A DNA stretch of 64,000 nt. Origin: Octopus vulgaris (lineage: Eukaryota). The DNA lies in contig OX597817.1 in the NCBI GenBank assembly GCA_951406725.2, forward strand, positions 145,328,001 through 145,392,000, written 5' to 3'. Position numbers and translations under genes: made by a program. The notes under the pieces are model-generated. The model searched no databases. It saw only the letters and a list, made by a program, of their open reading frames with translations, and was not told where the DNA came from. This document shows positions 1-13,600 of the stretch, one piece after another; positions within the stretch are counted from its first letter, which is position 1; each line of letters begins with the position of its first letter.

Positions 1-2660
1 CAATAGGAATTTTTTAAAATAAGTATGTGTGTGTGTGTGAAAAAAGATTTCATAAATCCTGTATAGATATTGCATGGACATATTCAGAAAATGCTTCTTG
101 CTTTAAATGGCTTGTGCAGACATTTTTTTCTTGTTTATTTAATAACTAGAATGAAATTGTAGGGGTATGAATGATAATTTAAATTGTATTTGTTTCTTCT
201 TTCTTTTTTTTTTCTGTGTTGTCACTGTGTTGTGACACTTTCATAGCTACAGATTTTTTTATATTGTCAAAAAGAAATACAAATTGTTCTTTAAAAAAAT
301 TTCAACAAAAAGATATCCTCTCTTTAAATTCAATACCAATAAACTTGTCAAAAGGAAAACCCTAAATTAGAACCCTTTTCCTGATTGAATGTTTTCATTG
401 GTTTTTCATGCTGTAGCTCCAGATTGTGTTTCATCAATCGATATGTTTTCCTATTTGAAGTCTTAGAATTTTTCTTGTTTACCATTTTGTTAAAATCAGA
501 TATAAATTGTACAATTAATCTACAATTTTTTTTTATTGCGAAAGGAAAACCTTGGCAAAAATGCTAACATGTTTTCTGCTGACAATCGAGAATATATGAT
601 TCTAGAATTAGCTTTAGTTTGTAAACTGTAGCATTACAAGTGTACTTAGATTACCGACAATGGCTAAGGGTAGACATTCATTTTTTTAATAGGAGCTTTT
701 ATTTCAATAGGTAATTTAAGTGTGTATTTTCTGTCAATATAGTTCAAAGAAGACTTTAACATGTAATTCATGTCTTCCAGTAATTTTTTTTTTTTTAAAT
801 TAAAAACATCTTTTCTCTCTAAATGATTTTGAATAACCTTGTTTTGTTCTGTATTAGGTCTACTTTGCTAATTTAATATTCCAAATTTACAGGATAGAAT
901 TAAAGAGCATTGTTCTGCCAAAATACATGTTGCAATAAATTTATAACTTTACTATACACATATGTATAGTAAAAATTTCCTAAGGGTTAAATCAAAATGT
1001 TATATGGGTTTATTCATATTCTTAAGGAATATTGTAAATTTATTTGCTTAACGGTTTATTTATTTCTAGTAAATATACCTTGGTTTTTGGTCCTTCTCAA
1101 TTTTACTCATGTAAACCTGGAAAATGGGTGCTAAACAGAAAGTGTGCCAATATGATGGCTCGTAAATGCTCTCTGAATACCATAGTTCTATTCCACTTTG
1201 AAAGAATCCATTTTTTTTCTTTTTAAATTTGGAATTAATTTCATTTATACAGGACACACAATTTTCTCTCAACTAAGCATTTATAACCAGTTTCAGACAT
1301 TTCAAATATTTAATAGCTATGGATAGCTTCAAGTGTACAATTTATTTATTGCTTATCTTAGTACAAACTTAACCAACTGTAGTAACGTGTACGATTTTCC
1401 TTTCCTTGTGCTTTATTCCTTTCATTTCTCAAATTCAGTAGCATGTTGCATTTTTCCTTGTTATTTTGCTGAGATTACACATGCCTGTACACACATATTC
1501 TGATGAAGTCCCTCTAAAGCAACAGACTATGGCCCACAAATTCAAACAAAATCAATGTATTGCAATTTACTTTATGAAATTGAAATGGAAAAAAAATTAA
1601 ATAAATAAAAACTTTTGATTTTTATCTGAAACCTATATTTGTGCAGGCGCAAACAAAAATGATTTCAGACAAATTTAGGCAAAAAAAAAAAAAAAAACTT
1701 AAAAAAAAAAACACCCCTGAAAGTGAACATTTTTTCTTTTTAAATAATGTCGTCATATCTGGTGTTATGAAGGAAAAACAATAAAAGGGAATTTTAATTT
1801 ATTAATGAGTTTTCCATATTATTATCATCATTATCATCATCATCGTTTTCATCATGTACTGTGTTTATTATTAAGCATTTAAAAAAAAAAAAAGCAAACT
1901 CTTAATAAATTTTTGGGAATTACTTGAAGGTTGGCAAGTCTACTTTGAACTGGTTGGAATCCTCACAAGACAGGAAATGTTTGTCTTGATGTAAATATAC
2001 AGCTCCTTTTTTTACATCGACAGATAAATATTTATTACAAAATGGCCATACATTTAATAGCTATGCATGTCGCAAGATATTTAAAATAGTCTGGTTGTAA
2101 TCATATGGTCAGACATTTTTGGCTGCTGGCTATATGACATCACTAATTCTCCTCTATGAAAAATAAACTCATTCTTTAAATACCATTTATTTCATGTGAT
2201 ACGAATGCCATTAATTCACCGAATCTGAAAGAAAGAGTTTTGTGTCAGTGTTTTATAGCAATAGGAACTAAACGAGACATGTTAGATGGGTTAGCGAAGC
2301 AAAAAAAAAAAAAAAAATTAAAAACTGATAACAGGTTCATTATGTACATGCAACCTGGAAAGGGAAGAGATTTTAAATATAGTTTTTCCCATTTAAACCA
2401 CTATTCAAGAAGTTAAAGAATTTTTCAATTTTTATTTTTTAAATCTTCAATAATGCTTCTGTTGATTTTGCAGTTTATATTTGAAGGCCTTTGTATATAA
2501 ACATTGTTTATTTATCATTAATTTTAAACTTATGGCAAAAGTTATTTAAACTCATCTTTTTTTTTTAATCTTAAGATGATTTAAGCAGCTGATCTCTTGA
2601 GATTTGCTATTCCATAAGTTCCCTACATCAATAAACATGTTCTTTTTTTTTCTTTTGTTT
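1..2660 (+). other. Probable long 3' UTR of a convergent plus-strand gene lying upstream of the window
   Basis: About 3 kb with no recognised SINEs, U/A-rich, several AATAAA; the one at about 2630 is followed by a U/GU-rich tract. Confidence 0.35.
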
Positions 2661-3795
2661 TTGTTCTCTTGTTTCCGATCCTCAGCTTTTTATATGCAAA
2701 TTCAGAGACAATATTCTCATAATACAACAGGAAAGAAAACTATAATAAATTCAGAAATCAACACTTATTGATTTTGTTTTCTTGTTTGACTTAGAGAATT
2801 TAAAAACACCTTTTTCTTTTTATATTTAGATAACTATCAAAACCACGATAAAAAAAATTGTCAAATTAGCAGCCATTTCAGTATTGATAGATCTAATAGA
2901 GTATAAACTATTGTATTCCTGCACTAAAAGTAATAGTTTTGGATCATTGTGAAAGTAAAATGTAGAAACCTTTACACAAAGGTAAGAGACTCACTTTCAG
3001 GCAAAAGGTATTTAAATGGTATAACAAAAGAATAATCTGCTTTAAGTAGAGATAATATGGAATTGAAAGCATCAAATATTTAATATATGGCTAGAGTATA
3101 CAGAGATTTTAGTTAAAATTTCAATCAGAAACTTACTATATGATTGATTACACAAAATTTCAGGAAGTAAATGTTACATTCATCATCATCGTTTAACGTC
3201 CGTTTTCCATGCTAGCATGGGTTGGATGGTTTGGCTGGGGTCCGGGAAGCTAGGAGGCTACACCAGGCTCCAGCCTGATCTGGCAGTGTTTCTACAGCTG
3301 GATGCTCTTCTTAACGCCAACCACTCCATGAGTGTAGTGGGTGCCACTGGCATAGGTGCCAGGGGAGGCTGGCAATGGTCATGATCGGTTGGTGCTTTTT
3401 ACGTGCCACCAGCACAGGTATCACAACTACAATTTCCATTTGATGTTGATGTACTTGACTCAATAGGTCTCCTCAAGCACAGCAGGTCGCCCTACGATCC
3501 AAGGTAAGCACAGCAGGCTGTCCTGCGATCCAAGGCACTTTGAATGGGCTGGGGCTTCTATTTGTTTTTTTAAGGACACTTAATTTAGAGTTCTTCCACT
3601 AAATTTGATTATTGAGAAAGTTGACTGGAAGCAAAACAGTTTCTTGTAAGAAATATGATCTCAGAAATGTTATTCTGCCACATAATGCCCTTTACACAAT
3701 CTTGTAAAGTCATTCCACTTACTCAGAAAACGGTTAAAGTATTAACATAAGGACCTACCTATATGCTTCCAGTAGGCAGGTCTGTTTAAAATGTC

Positions 3796-3891
3796 CTACG
3801 TAAAGTAAGTACGAAGTACTCTGGCCTCTGCTTCCATTTCTTCTGTAGTTTTAAGCTTTAGTGTTTTGCCTTGAACAGGCTTTTCCTGCAG
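3796..3891 (-). CDS. NitFhit: NitFhit last coding exon [31 protein letters not shown]
   Basis: tgtttatag| acceptor, TAG stop; matches the Fhit C-terminal EEM.AEA..LR.YF motif. Confidence 0.9.
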   Translation of the reverse strand: MQEKPVQGKTLKLKTTEEMEAEARVLRTYFT

Positions 3892-6800
3892 CTATAAACA
3901 GAAAAAATACACACATATACATCTCTATGTAGAAATATATAAAGGCAAATTAAATATGAACATTTATTTTCATTTCACGTAAAAAAAAATTATATCATGC
4001 AATTTGAAAAGTTCAAGCAAATTGTAAAAGCAATTCTAATGATATGTGTATGCAGGAGATAATGGTTATGACAGTATAAGGCGGCGAGCTGGCAAAGACG
4101 TTAGCACGCCAGGCGAAGTGCTTCACAGTATTTCGCCCGTCGCTACGTTCTGAGTTCAAATTCCACCGAGGTTGACTTTGCCTTTCATCGTTTCAGGGTC
4201 GATAAATTAAGTACCAGTTACGCACTGGGGTCGATGTAATCGACTTAATCCGTTTGTCTGTCCTTGTTTGTCCCCTCTATGTTTAGTCCCTTGTGGGTAA
4301 TAAAGAAACAGATAATGGTTATGACTGTATGGATATGATATATGCTAGAAGATAAGGTACTGTGAATGGTGAACAAGGAAGTTTAAAGGAAAACCATGCC
4401 TTTGGACATTACACCTGACCGATGAGATGACATAACAACTACAGTATAGCTCAGTGGTTCTCAACCTTTTTTTGCCTGATGATCCCTTTGACTCCTCTTA
4501 TTTTACTGGATCACTATTTTACTTATATTTTTAGAATTAAATATCATAAGCAACTGTATAAAAAAATAATATTTTGTGTATTATTGAAGTATAACTAATT
4601 CATTGCATATTAACTAAATCTTATATAGGCACCCAAAGGTCATGAGAACCACTACTATAGATGTAAGTGGAGGTGCAATGGTCCAGTGGTTAGGGCAGTG
4701 GACTTGTGGTCATAGGATCACGGTTTCGTTTCCCAGACCAGCCGTTGTGAATGTTTATTGAGCAAAAACACCTAAAGTTCCACAAGGCTCTGGCAGGGGG
4801 CAGTGGTGAACCCTGCTGTACTATTTCACCACTACTTTCTCTCACTCTTTCTTCCTGTTTTTTGTTGTACCTGTATTTCAAAGGGCCAGCCTTGTCACAC
4901 TGAATCTCCCAAGAACTACCTTAAAGGTACACATGTCTGTGGAGTGCTCCACCACTTGTACATTAATCTCACAAGCTGGCTGTTCCGTTGATCAGATCAA
5001 CTGAAATCTTCGTCGTCATAACTGATGGAGTGCCACGATACATGTAAGCTTTGAGTGACCCTTCTAGCTATCATCACCCAATAAACAAAACAACAATCTT
5101 CTCGTTTTCATTCTCTTAATTTTCTTAAAAGGTGAATGTGAACTGGAATTTGTAACTTCATACTGAATCTAATGACATTAGCAATAAGTGAAACATGCTT
5201 CAACTTTAAATTAAATTCCAGCTTCAGTTACAGATTCGGTTCAGCATGAACTTAATTGGTGTTTGCCAGAATAAACACAGTGGATCATCATCATCATCAT
5301 CATCATCATTTAGCGTCCGTTTTCCATGCTAGCATGGGTTGGACGGTTCTGCTGGGGTCTGTGAAGCCAGAAGGCTTCATCAGGCCCAGTCAAATCTGGC
5401 AGTGTTTCTACGGCTGGATGCCCTTCCTAACGCCAACCACTCCGTGAGTGTAGTGGGTGCTTTTTACGTGCCACCCGCACTGGTGCCAGACAGAGCTGGC
5501 AAACGGCCACGAACGGATGGTGCTTTTTATGTGCCACCGGCACGAGGGCCAGGCGAGGCTGGCAACGGACATGAAGAAATAGTAGTAGTAGAACTTTTAA
5601 AGTGCACACAAGTTATACAAAACCAATGCAGGAGTACTTGATTACTAGCAAACAACACAAATGTAAATTCTTCAGCTTAGATAAGAATGATGGCACAATA
5701 TGCATTGGTACACTGATAAGTGGCAAAAATGTAAAAGGTAACTCCCATCTCAATTTCAGGTTAAGTTTATCAGAAACTGTACACTGGAGATATGCTATAC
5801 AGACAGGGGTAACAGATTTGTAAAAAGAACTACTTAAAGCATAGATAACAGAGATATTGTAATTGGTGTTTGTTAAGGTCATATTACACAACTAGCTGTA
5901 TCATAAGCTTCGTCTTCAATTACACAAAAGGTAAGGTTTTCAGGTGTTTGAGTTGCAAATCTGAAATATTTTAATATTTACATCTGTCAACTAGAGATGG
6001 GGTTTCGTTTGGCTTTACTTTGATCAGGAACTCAATTACACAAATGGTAAAGAAAACAAATAAGGAATGTAGTCCTTAATTCAAATTTTTGGTGTATGTT
6101 TACACTGAGAACAGTTTAGAAATACAGAAATATTCTTCTGAGTTTGAGAACTGCAACAATCTGTGTCAGGGACGGATAGCTTCTTGGTAATGTATCATCA
6201 TCATCATCATCATTGTTTAACATCCGTTTTCCATGCTAGCATGGGTTGGACGGTTCAACCGGAGTCTGGGAAGCCAGAAGCTGCACCAGGCTCCAGTCTG
6301 ATCAGGCAGTGTTTCTACAGCTGGATGCCCTTCCTAACACCAACCACTATGTGAGTGTAGTGGGTGCTTTTTACGTGCCACTAGCACAGGGGCCAGGAGG
6401 CTGGCAACAGTCACGATCGGTTGGTGCTTTTTACATGCCACCGTCACAGGGGACAGGAGGCTAGCAACGGCCACAATTGGTTGGTGCTTTTCACGTGCCA
6501 CCAGCACAGTGGCCAGAAGGCTGGCAACGGCCACGATTGGTTGGTGCTTTTTATGTGCCACTGGCACAGGGGCAAGGAGGCTGGCAACATGCATAATTGG
6601 TTGGTGCTTTTTATGTACCACCAGCACAGAAGCCAGCCAATGGCAGCGCTGGCATCGGCCACATTCGGAGGGTGCTTTTTACGAGCCACCAGATGAATTA
6701 TTTTTTTTTTTAGAAGTGTGGTGGGGTGGAGAGGCAATACTCATGGCCTCTGTGGGCACTCCAAGACCAATGAAATCAATGTGGTTAATGTCTGAATAAT

Positions 6801-9800
6801 ATAAAGATTAGTTAGGCTGTGATAAAAGATGGTTTAATGTAGAGATCTAGACTGTAACAGAAAAAATATAATGGAATAGGCCATAAAAAAAACAATAAAA
6901 CAGGCTTAAAAAGTATAGATAAAAAAAAATAAATTTAGGTCAAATATTCTACCCGTTTTATGTTCAAATTAGTAAGATCTAGTCCTTCACACCAACCCTA
7001 CAATGTCATTCTAAAAGTAAACATTTACATGCCTGGTTAATTCAAAAGAAAGTGAATAAATAATCATTGAATTTGAGAGAGTAATCCAAATGTTGAAGAT
7101 TACACAAAACCTTGTAGGTTTCTAACCAAAAGAGAAGCAGACAACTGATCGAACTCAGCCAAAGTCTTGCACAATTATATGTTGGTTCCTATGGAGTTGT
7201 TTTTGATGTGGAGACATATTCTAAATAGAATGCAAACTGCTCTACCAAACTTACCCAAGTTGTAATTTTCATGACCCAAGTTCTTCCCAGAAGTTTCACA
7301 TCATCTGTCAGTTGAAGTGGCCATTTTGGCCACTTCAATTCAAAATGCAGCATTGAACTTATAACTTATAAGAACAACCACAACAACAAATGGGTTATAC
7401 GCCAGGACCAACATGTTAACTGGAATTATCTATTTATATAAAAATGTTTACATAATACATGTCCAGAGCACTGCATTGTACTCTATGCAATTCATTACAG
7501 CGTATCAGAGTGTGCAGTATGGTACTGAACACAGTGGACACATGCTATATACAGAATAACAGATACATGGGTTGCGCCAAGTTGTCTGACTGTCTGTCTG
7601 TCTTGCAGCATTCACCCGGGGTGGGTTGAGCTGGCTTCATTCATCCTCAATGCTGCATCTCTGACCGACTATTTATTGTATTTCATAAGCCTGCTCAATC
7701 AGAACTGACCTTTAGTTATACAACAAACAAGTGCAGTGGGATCTCAAAAAGACCAATAGAAAGCCAGGACTTTAGATACACCATATCAGCCAGAGCATTT
7801 AGATATAACAGAAGTTCACAAGTTGCAGTTAGTTTCTGTTATCAAGGTGACATAAGTATTGTGAAGATAAAGCCGACCAAGGAAAAATATATCAAAGAAG
7901 TCTGATAAGTTCTAAGTGTTGTTAGTAATGAACAATCTTGTTCATTTGTTAAGGATGGAACTGAAACCAATGACCTCCTTAATCATAAAGCAATGCCCGT
8001 GCCATTAGAGACTATACAGAAATGAAAGAAGCATGATTTTATTGATGTATGACATCATCCTGCATGAAAATACATAGAAAAGGCAGCTGCATTGGTATGA
8101 AGAGGTGTGTATATGGAATGATAATAGCACACTTGCCCTTGCAGATACATCATCGTTTAACGTCTGTTTTCCATGCTAGCATGAGTTAGACAGTTCAACT
8201 GGGGTCTGGGAAGCCAGAAGGCTGCACCAGGCCCAGTCTGATCTGGCAGTGTTTCTACAGCTAGATGCCCTTCCTAACGCCAACCACTCCATGAGTGTAG
8301 TGGGTGCTTTTTACATGCCACCGGCACAGGGGTCAGGGGAGGCTGGCAAATGGCCAAGATCAGTTGGTGCAGGGAAACATGAAGAATCAGGGATAGCTGC
8401 TGAGATGCTTAAAATATCTGAAGTAGAACATGCACAGTCAATTAGGAAGCACAAGAAGCCACTATACACTATGACTGGTGGAGCAGTGTCATTATCAACC
8501 GCTACAAGGACAAAGGAATAAATTACAAACTAATAAATTACATTGTGACTGTTACTTAAAGTGTTTCAGTACAACTGATTAGGAAATGGATTGGCCTAGA
8601 TGAGAGATGCAGTTCAAGTTTATGCCAAAAAGGGGGTTTCGCTAATGCCCTAGTGAGGAAACTACAGGAGAAGCATTTAGCAAGCAATAAGTCACTCTAT
8701 CTAGCTTTTGTCAATCTGGAGAATTCTTTTAACTAAAAAACAACTTGTGTTTGTTGAGAAGTTAAAACATGAAAGTGTGAAATCTGGTATAAAATATATA
8801 TATATATATATATATATATGCTTACGGCCATATCACATTGAATGCACCAGATCTCGTCCAATCACCAGGGTTAAGCAACATCGAGCCTAGTGAGTACTTA
8901 GATGGGTGACCGTTTGGGAAACCTAAGCGCTGTAAGCGTCTCACACTTTTATAAGTGCAGCATGACTGTGTGGTAAGTAGCTTGCTTCCCAACCACATGG
9001 TTCCAGGTTCAGTTCCACTGTGTGACACCTTGGGCAAGTGTCTTCTACTGTAGCCTCAGGCCAACCAAAGCCTTTTGGGTGGATTTGATAGACAGGAACT
9101 GAAAGAAGTGTGTGTGTGTGTGTGTGTGTTTGTCCCCCCACCATCGGTTGACAACCAATGTTGGTGTGTTTACATCCCTGTAACTTTGTGGTTCAGCAAA
9201 TAGAATAAGTACTAGGCTTTCAAAGAATAAGTCCTGGGGTCAATTTGCTCAACTAAAGGCAGTGCCCCAGCATGGTCACAGTCAAATGACTGAAACAAGA
9301 ATATATATTATGTAAATAGAGGAATTTATCTATACAGAAATATATATATAAATCAGTAAATGGTGGGGGTTATATATATATATCTGTATAGATAAATTCC
9401 TCTATTTACATAATATCGAGGTCTCTTTCATTTTTTTCTTGTCTTACCATTAATATTAATATATATATATAAATGAGCACTTTGTTGGTTATGACTACAA
9501 GGGTCCCAGCTGATACAATCAACAGTGGTGTGTTTGCAATGTATTAGTCTGAATATTTTTTTTATCATCCCTAACCTGCCTATTATGAAAGGAGCTGTTT
9601 CCGTTTTTAGACTACACATTCGAGTTACCTCTATTTCCAGGTCTTTGCATTTTGAAAGTTTTTCCATTTCTTTTAGAGAAACATTCTTATCTCTTGGTAT
9701 TGATACATCAATTAGAAAGCATTTTTTTCTTGATGATCTCTGACAACTATAACTGGCCTACAGACCTTAATTTCTCTATCTGCATGTATTGGTATTATTA

Positions 9801-10626
9801 TTATTGTTATTAAGTAGTAATAAATATCTAAATACTTGGAGATAACAAAAGGTTATCAATATTTACCTTTCTGTAAATGTCATCATTTTCTGAGAAGTCA
9901 CCAGCAAATCTTGGAATTACATGAACGTGAACATGCTACAACAAATTTAACATATAAGTATAAATAATTTTTTTAGACATGAAATAAATACATTGAACAA
10001 TGCAGATAAACCAGATTTAACCATTTTTCACATTCAGATTACTCTGTCCAATGTAATGCTTATAAATTTACATTGTTTATGAATTAATTACGCATTATCT
10101 CATAGCTTCGAATTTCAATGATGCAGTTGTTTATTTTTAGAACGACACTGTAGGATAAGTCTGAGAGGCCAGATCTGGCTGGTTTGAACATAGAACGGGC
10201 AGAAAGTTTAGGCTGGATATAGTTTGTTTAAATGCTAAAGGGTCAATGAAAAAATATATAATTATTTTCATTTTTTCAACCAGTAAAAAAAATTGCCCAT
10301 AAACTATAAAAGCATATTGGAATGAGACAGATCATCATTTAATGTCCACTTTATCATGTCTGCACAGATCAGACAGAATTTGCTAAGGTAGACTTTCTAT
10401 GGCCAGCTGCCCTTCTTGTCACTAACCCTCACCTGTTTACATGCAACGTAGTATATCCTCTGGCCAGACATGTTTTTTACAGAAGACTTAATCACTTATA
10501 TCTCACAGTAATGCTCATTTACAACCATTATATGATGTCAAGACACGGGTACACATATACATCTAATTGCCGGCTCCTGTCCAACCCATGCCAGCATAGA
10601 AAGTGGATGTTAAATGATGAGGATAA

Positions 10627-10682
<56 letters not shown>

Positions 10683-13600
10683 TTTTACTTGTTTCAGTAA
10701 TTTGACTGTGACCATGCTGGAGCACTGCCTTCAGTCGAGCAAATCGACCCCAGGACTTATTCTTTGTAAGCCTAGAACTTATTCTATTGGTCTCTTTTGC
10801 CGAACCACTAAGTTACAGGGATGTAAACACACCAGCATCGGTTGTCAAGCGATGTTGGGGGGGACAAACACAGACACACAAACATACACACACACACATA
10901 TACATATATACGACAGGCTTCTTTCAGTTTGTCTACCAAATCCACTCACAAGGCTTTGGTCAGCCTGGGGCTATAGTAGAAGACACTTGCCCAAGGTGCC
11001 ACGCAGTGGACTGAACCCGGAACCATGTGGTTGGTAAGCAAGCTACTTACCACATAGCCACATATATATACACACATATATATATGTATAAAGATGTTGC
11101 TTAAGTATAGCAATACTAATAACATGGTGTTTGTACTCAATATACATATGCTTCACTATAAAGCATTAGTTACATATAAGAGCATACTAAGAAATTACAT
11201 AAATAGCAAGTAAAAAACAGGAATTATGCAACCAACTTCATTAGCTTACAGTTGTTTCTGCTATAAGATGCAGTGCGCTCAGAGATGAGTGCACATGCCT
11301 CACCTTATAGTAGAAATAGATGTAAGTTAATGACATCAATTACATAATTCCTGTTATCTCGTCATTTATTTAATTTATTATTACATTCGCCCCCCCCCTC
11401 TCTCTCTTTCACATATACACAATGGGTTTCTTTTAGATTCCGTCTACCAAAACCACTAACAAAGCTTTTGGTTGGCCCAGCGTTTTAGGAGAAGATACTG
11501 TGCAGCAATACTCAACCAGAAACTATTTGGTTGAGAAGCATGTTTCTTAACCACATAGCTATGCTTGTACATGGAGTGCAAAATTTATAATGCAAGTTCC
11601 TGAACAAGGCACATTTCTTTAAAAATCCTTGTTGTTTAGTACTAGCTTGGCTTTGACTGATCAGACCATTAAAGGCATTCCAGCATCCACTGTTTAGATA
11701 CCATTCTTATTACCAACCACTTTAATTTATACTGGATGCATTTTATTGTGCTACCGACACCAAAGAGCTTGTATGATAGAATCCACTTGATGAGATATGT
11801 TAAATAAAAATAAAAGATTTGAAAACCAATTACTCTTACCTTAACACTTTGTCCTGCTTCTAGGCCATCTTGAATAGCAAAAGTCAGAGAAGTTCCATTA
11901 AAATGTTTCTTGACTACATCACCGACTTTGCGTGCTGTACACCATAAATCAGATGTATGTTCATCGCTTACCTCAGAGAAACTAGAAACAACTGGTTTTG
12001 GACAAATTAAAACATCTTCAGTAAAAGTTAAGAAAATAACTGGAACCATCTTACAAAACAATAACTCTGAGCACCTTTTCAAACTCTACCTGTCTAACAC
12101 CCATGGACATGTTTACAAAGTCAGAAAATAGCACAGCTCCCATGACTTTCAGAAACATTTTTTCACGCTAAGAGTTGCTGAAGCATGGAACAAACTGCCG
12201 GCATCAGTTGTTAGTTGTCAGAGCACTGCATCCTTCAAAACTTCCATGCTTCCTGAGATTCGCCAACACTACACCTGATTTTCTCCCCTCCATACACAGA
12301 AGCATGTATCTGACTCATACACTGTTCATTTCCCAGACATGTGTACATTAAGGCACATGCTTTATACACACATTTGACAAGTTGTGGTGCACCTGAGCAC
12401 TGTATACAATAATTTCATTATTATTTTTATTGGAACAGAAATTAAAGCAGGTTGGCCATACACCAGCTAGATGTATGAGAAGTAGAGGTTTCATAGCAAA
12501 GGAACTGGTTCACATGTCATCAGGGAATGTCCACACACTGATGGACCTGTGAGACACCTGTCTAGGGGATAGCGGTATCAACTCTCCTTCAAGTCCTGTA
12601 TGCCCTCCATGGCCCTTGACAAGTATTGCCATCCTGAGCTGAGCCGAGCATAGTGGCGACTAAGGGTAACTCTGTACTCCGCTTGTCTTTCACAGGACTA
12701 AATCATAAAAAATTTGTAGTGGTTACAATAACAAGATAAAAGAAAATAGATAAGCAATTATAATAAAAATACAATAAAGGATACGTCCGGGTAATACAGG
12801 CTTGATGTTGACAAATGCAAAAGAGAATGGTGTATTAAGAAATACTTGTGATGAAGGAATATCAATGTGACCAAATTTATATGTTTCCTGTTCATCTACA
12901 GTGGTATTTTCTAGTGAAAAACAAAAGATAAAACTTAGGATTATTTCAATCAACTAATGACAAACAACCTAATTTACCACGAAAATCTAGCCATTTCTGC
13001 CATTACATTAATTTGTCCTAACATCATAACAACCTCTGTTATACAAGACATTTATTATATTTTAGCTTTTACTTGTTTCATCCATTGGACTGTGGCCATG
13101 CTGGGGCACCACCTTGAAAGACTTTAGTCAAACAAATTGATCCTAGGACATATTTTAAACTTGGTACTCATGCTGTTTGTCTTTTTGCTGAAACACTAAG
13201 TTACAAGAATATAAACAAACCAACATCGGTTCTCAAATGCTAGGAATGAATGACAAACAGACACACACACACACACACAATAGGCTTTCACACAGTTTCC
13301 ATCTCCCAAAACTTACAAATCATTGGTTAACTCAGGATTATAGTAGAAGACACTTGCCCAAGGTCCCATGTTGTGGAAATGAATCTGATACAACACAGTC
13401 GCAAAGCAAGCTTCTTCATTACACAGCCATGCCTGCATTCAGGGACACTTTATTTTTGCAATTTTATGGCCATTTCCTACCCTGGCTTGGATAGGGATAC
13501 AAACCCAAACATTTCCATGAAACAAATTTTTGAAATTTTTTTTTTTCCTTTTTTATCAAAACTAAATGCATTTACTGTGATCAAAAGGTTGTTTAAACTG

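Noticed and set aside
1500-1530. CTGATGA followed by an AGTC/GACT stem
   Set aside because: No GAAA or stem III follows.
4080-4170. tRNA gene
   Set aside because: The tRNA-like head continues into a SINE body and tail with a TSD; no complete cloverleaf.
5256-6799. Poly-His and other short ORFs in the ORF track
   Set aside because: Translations of SINE bodies and (CAT)n, (TA)n, (CA)n microsatellites that recur at every copy.
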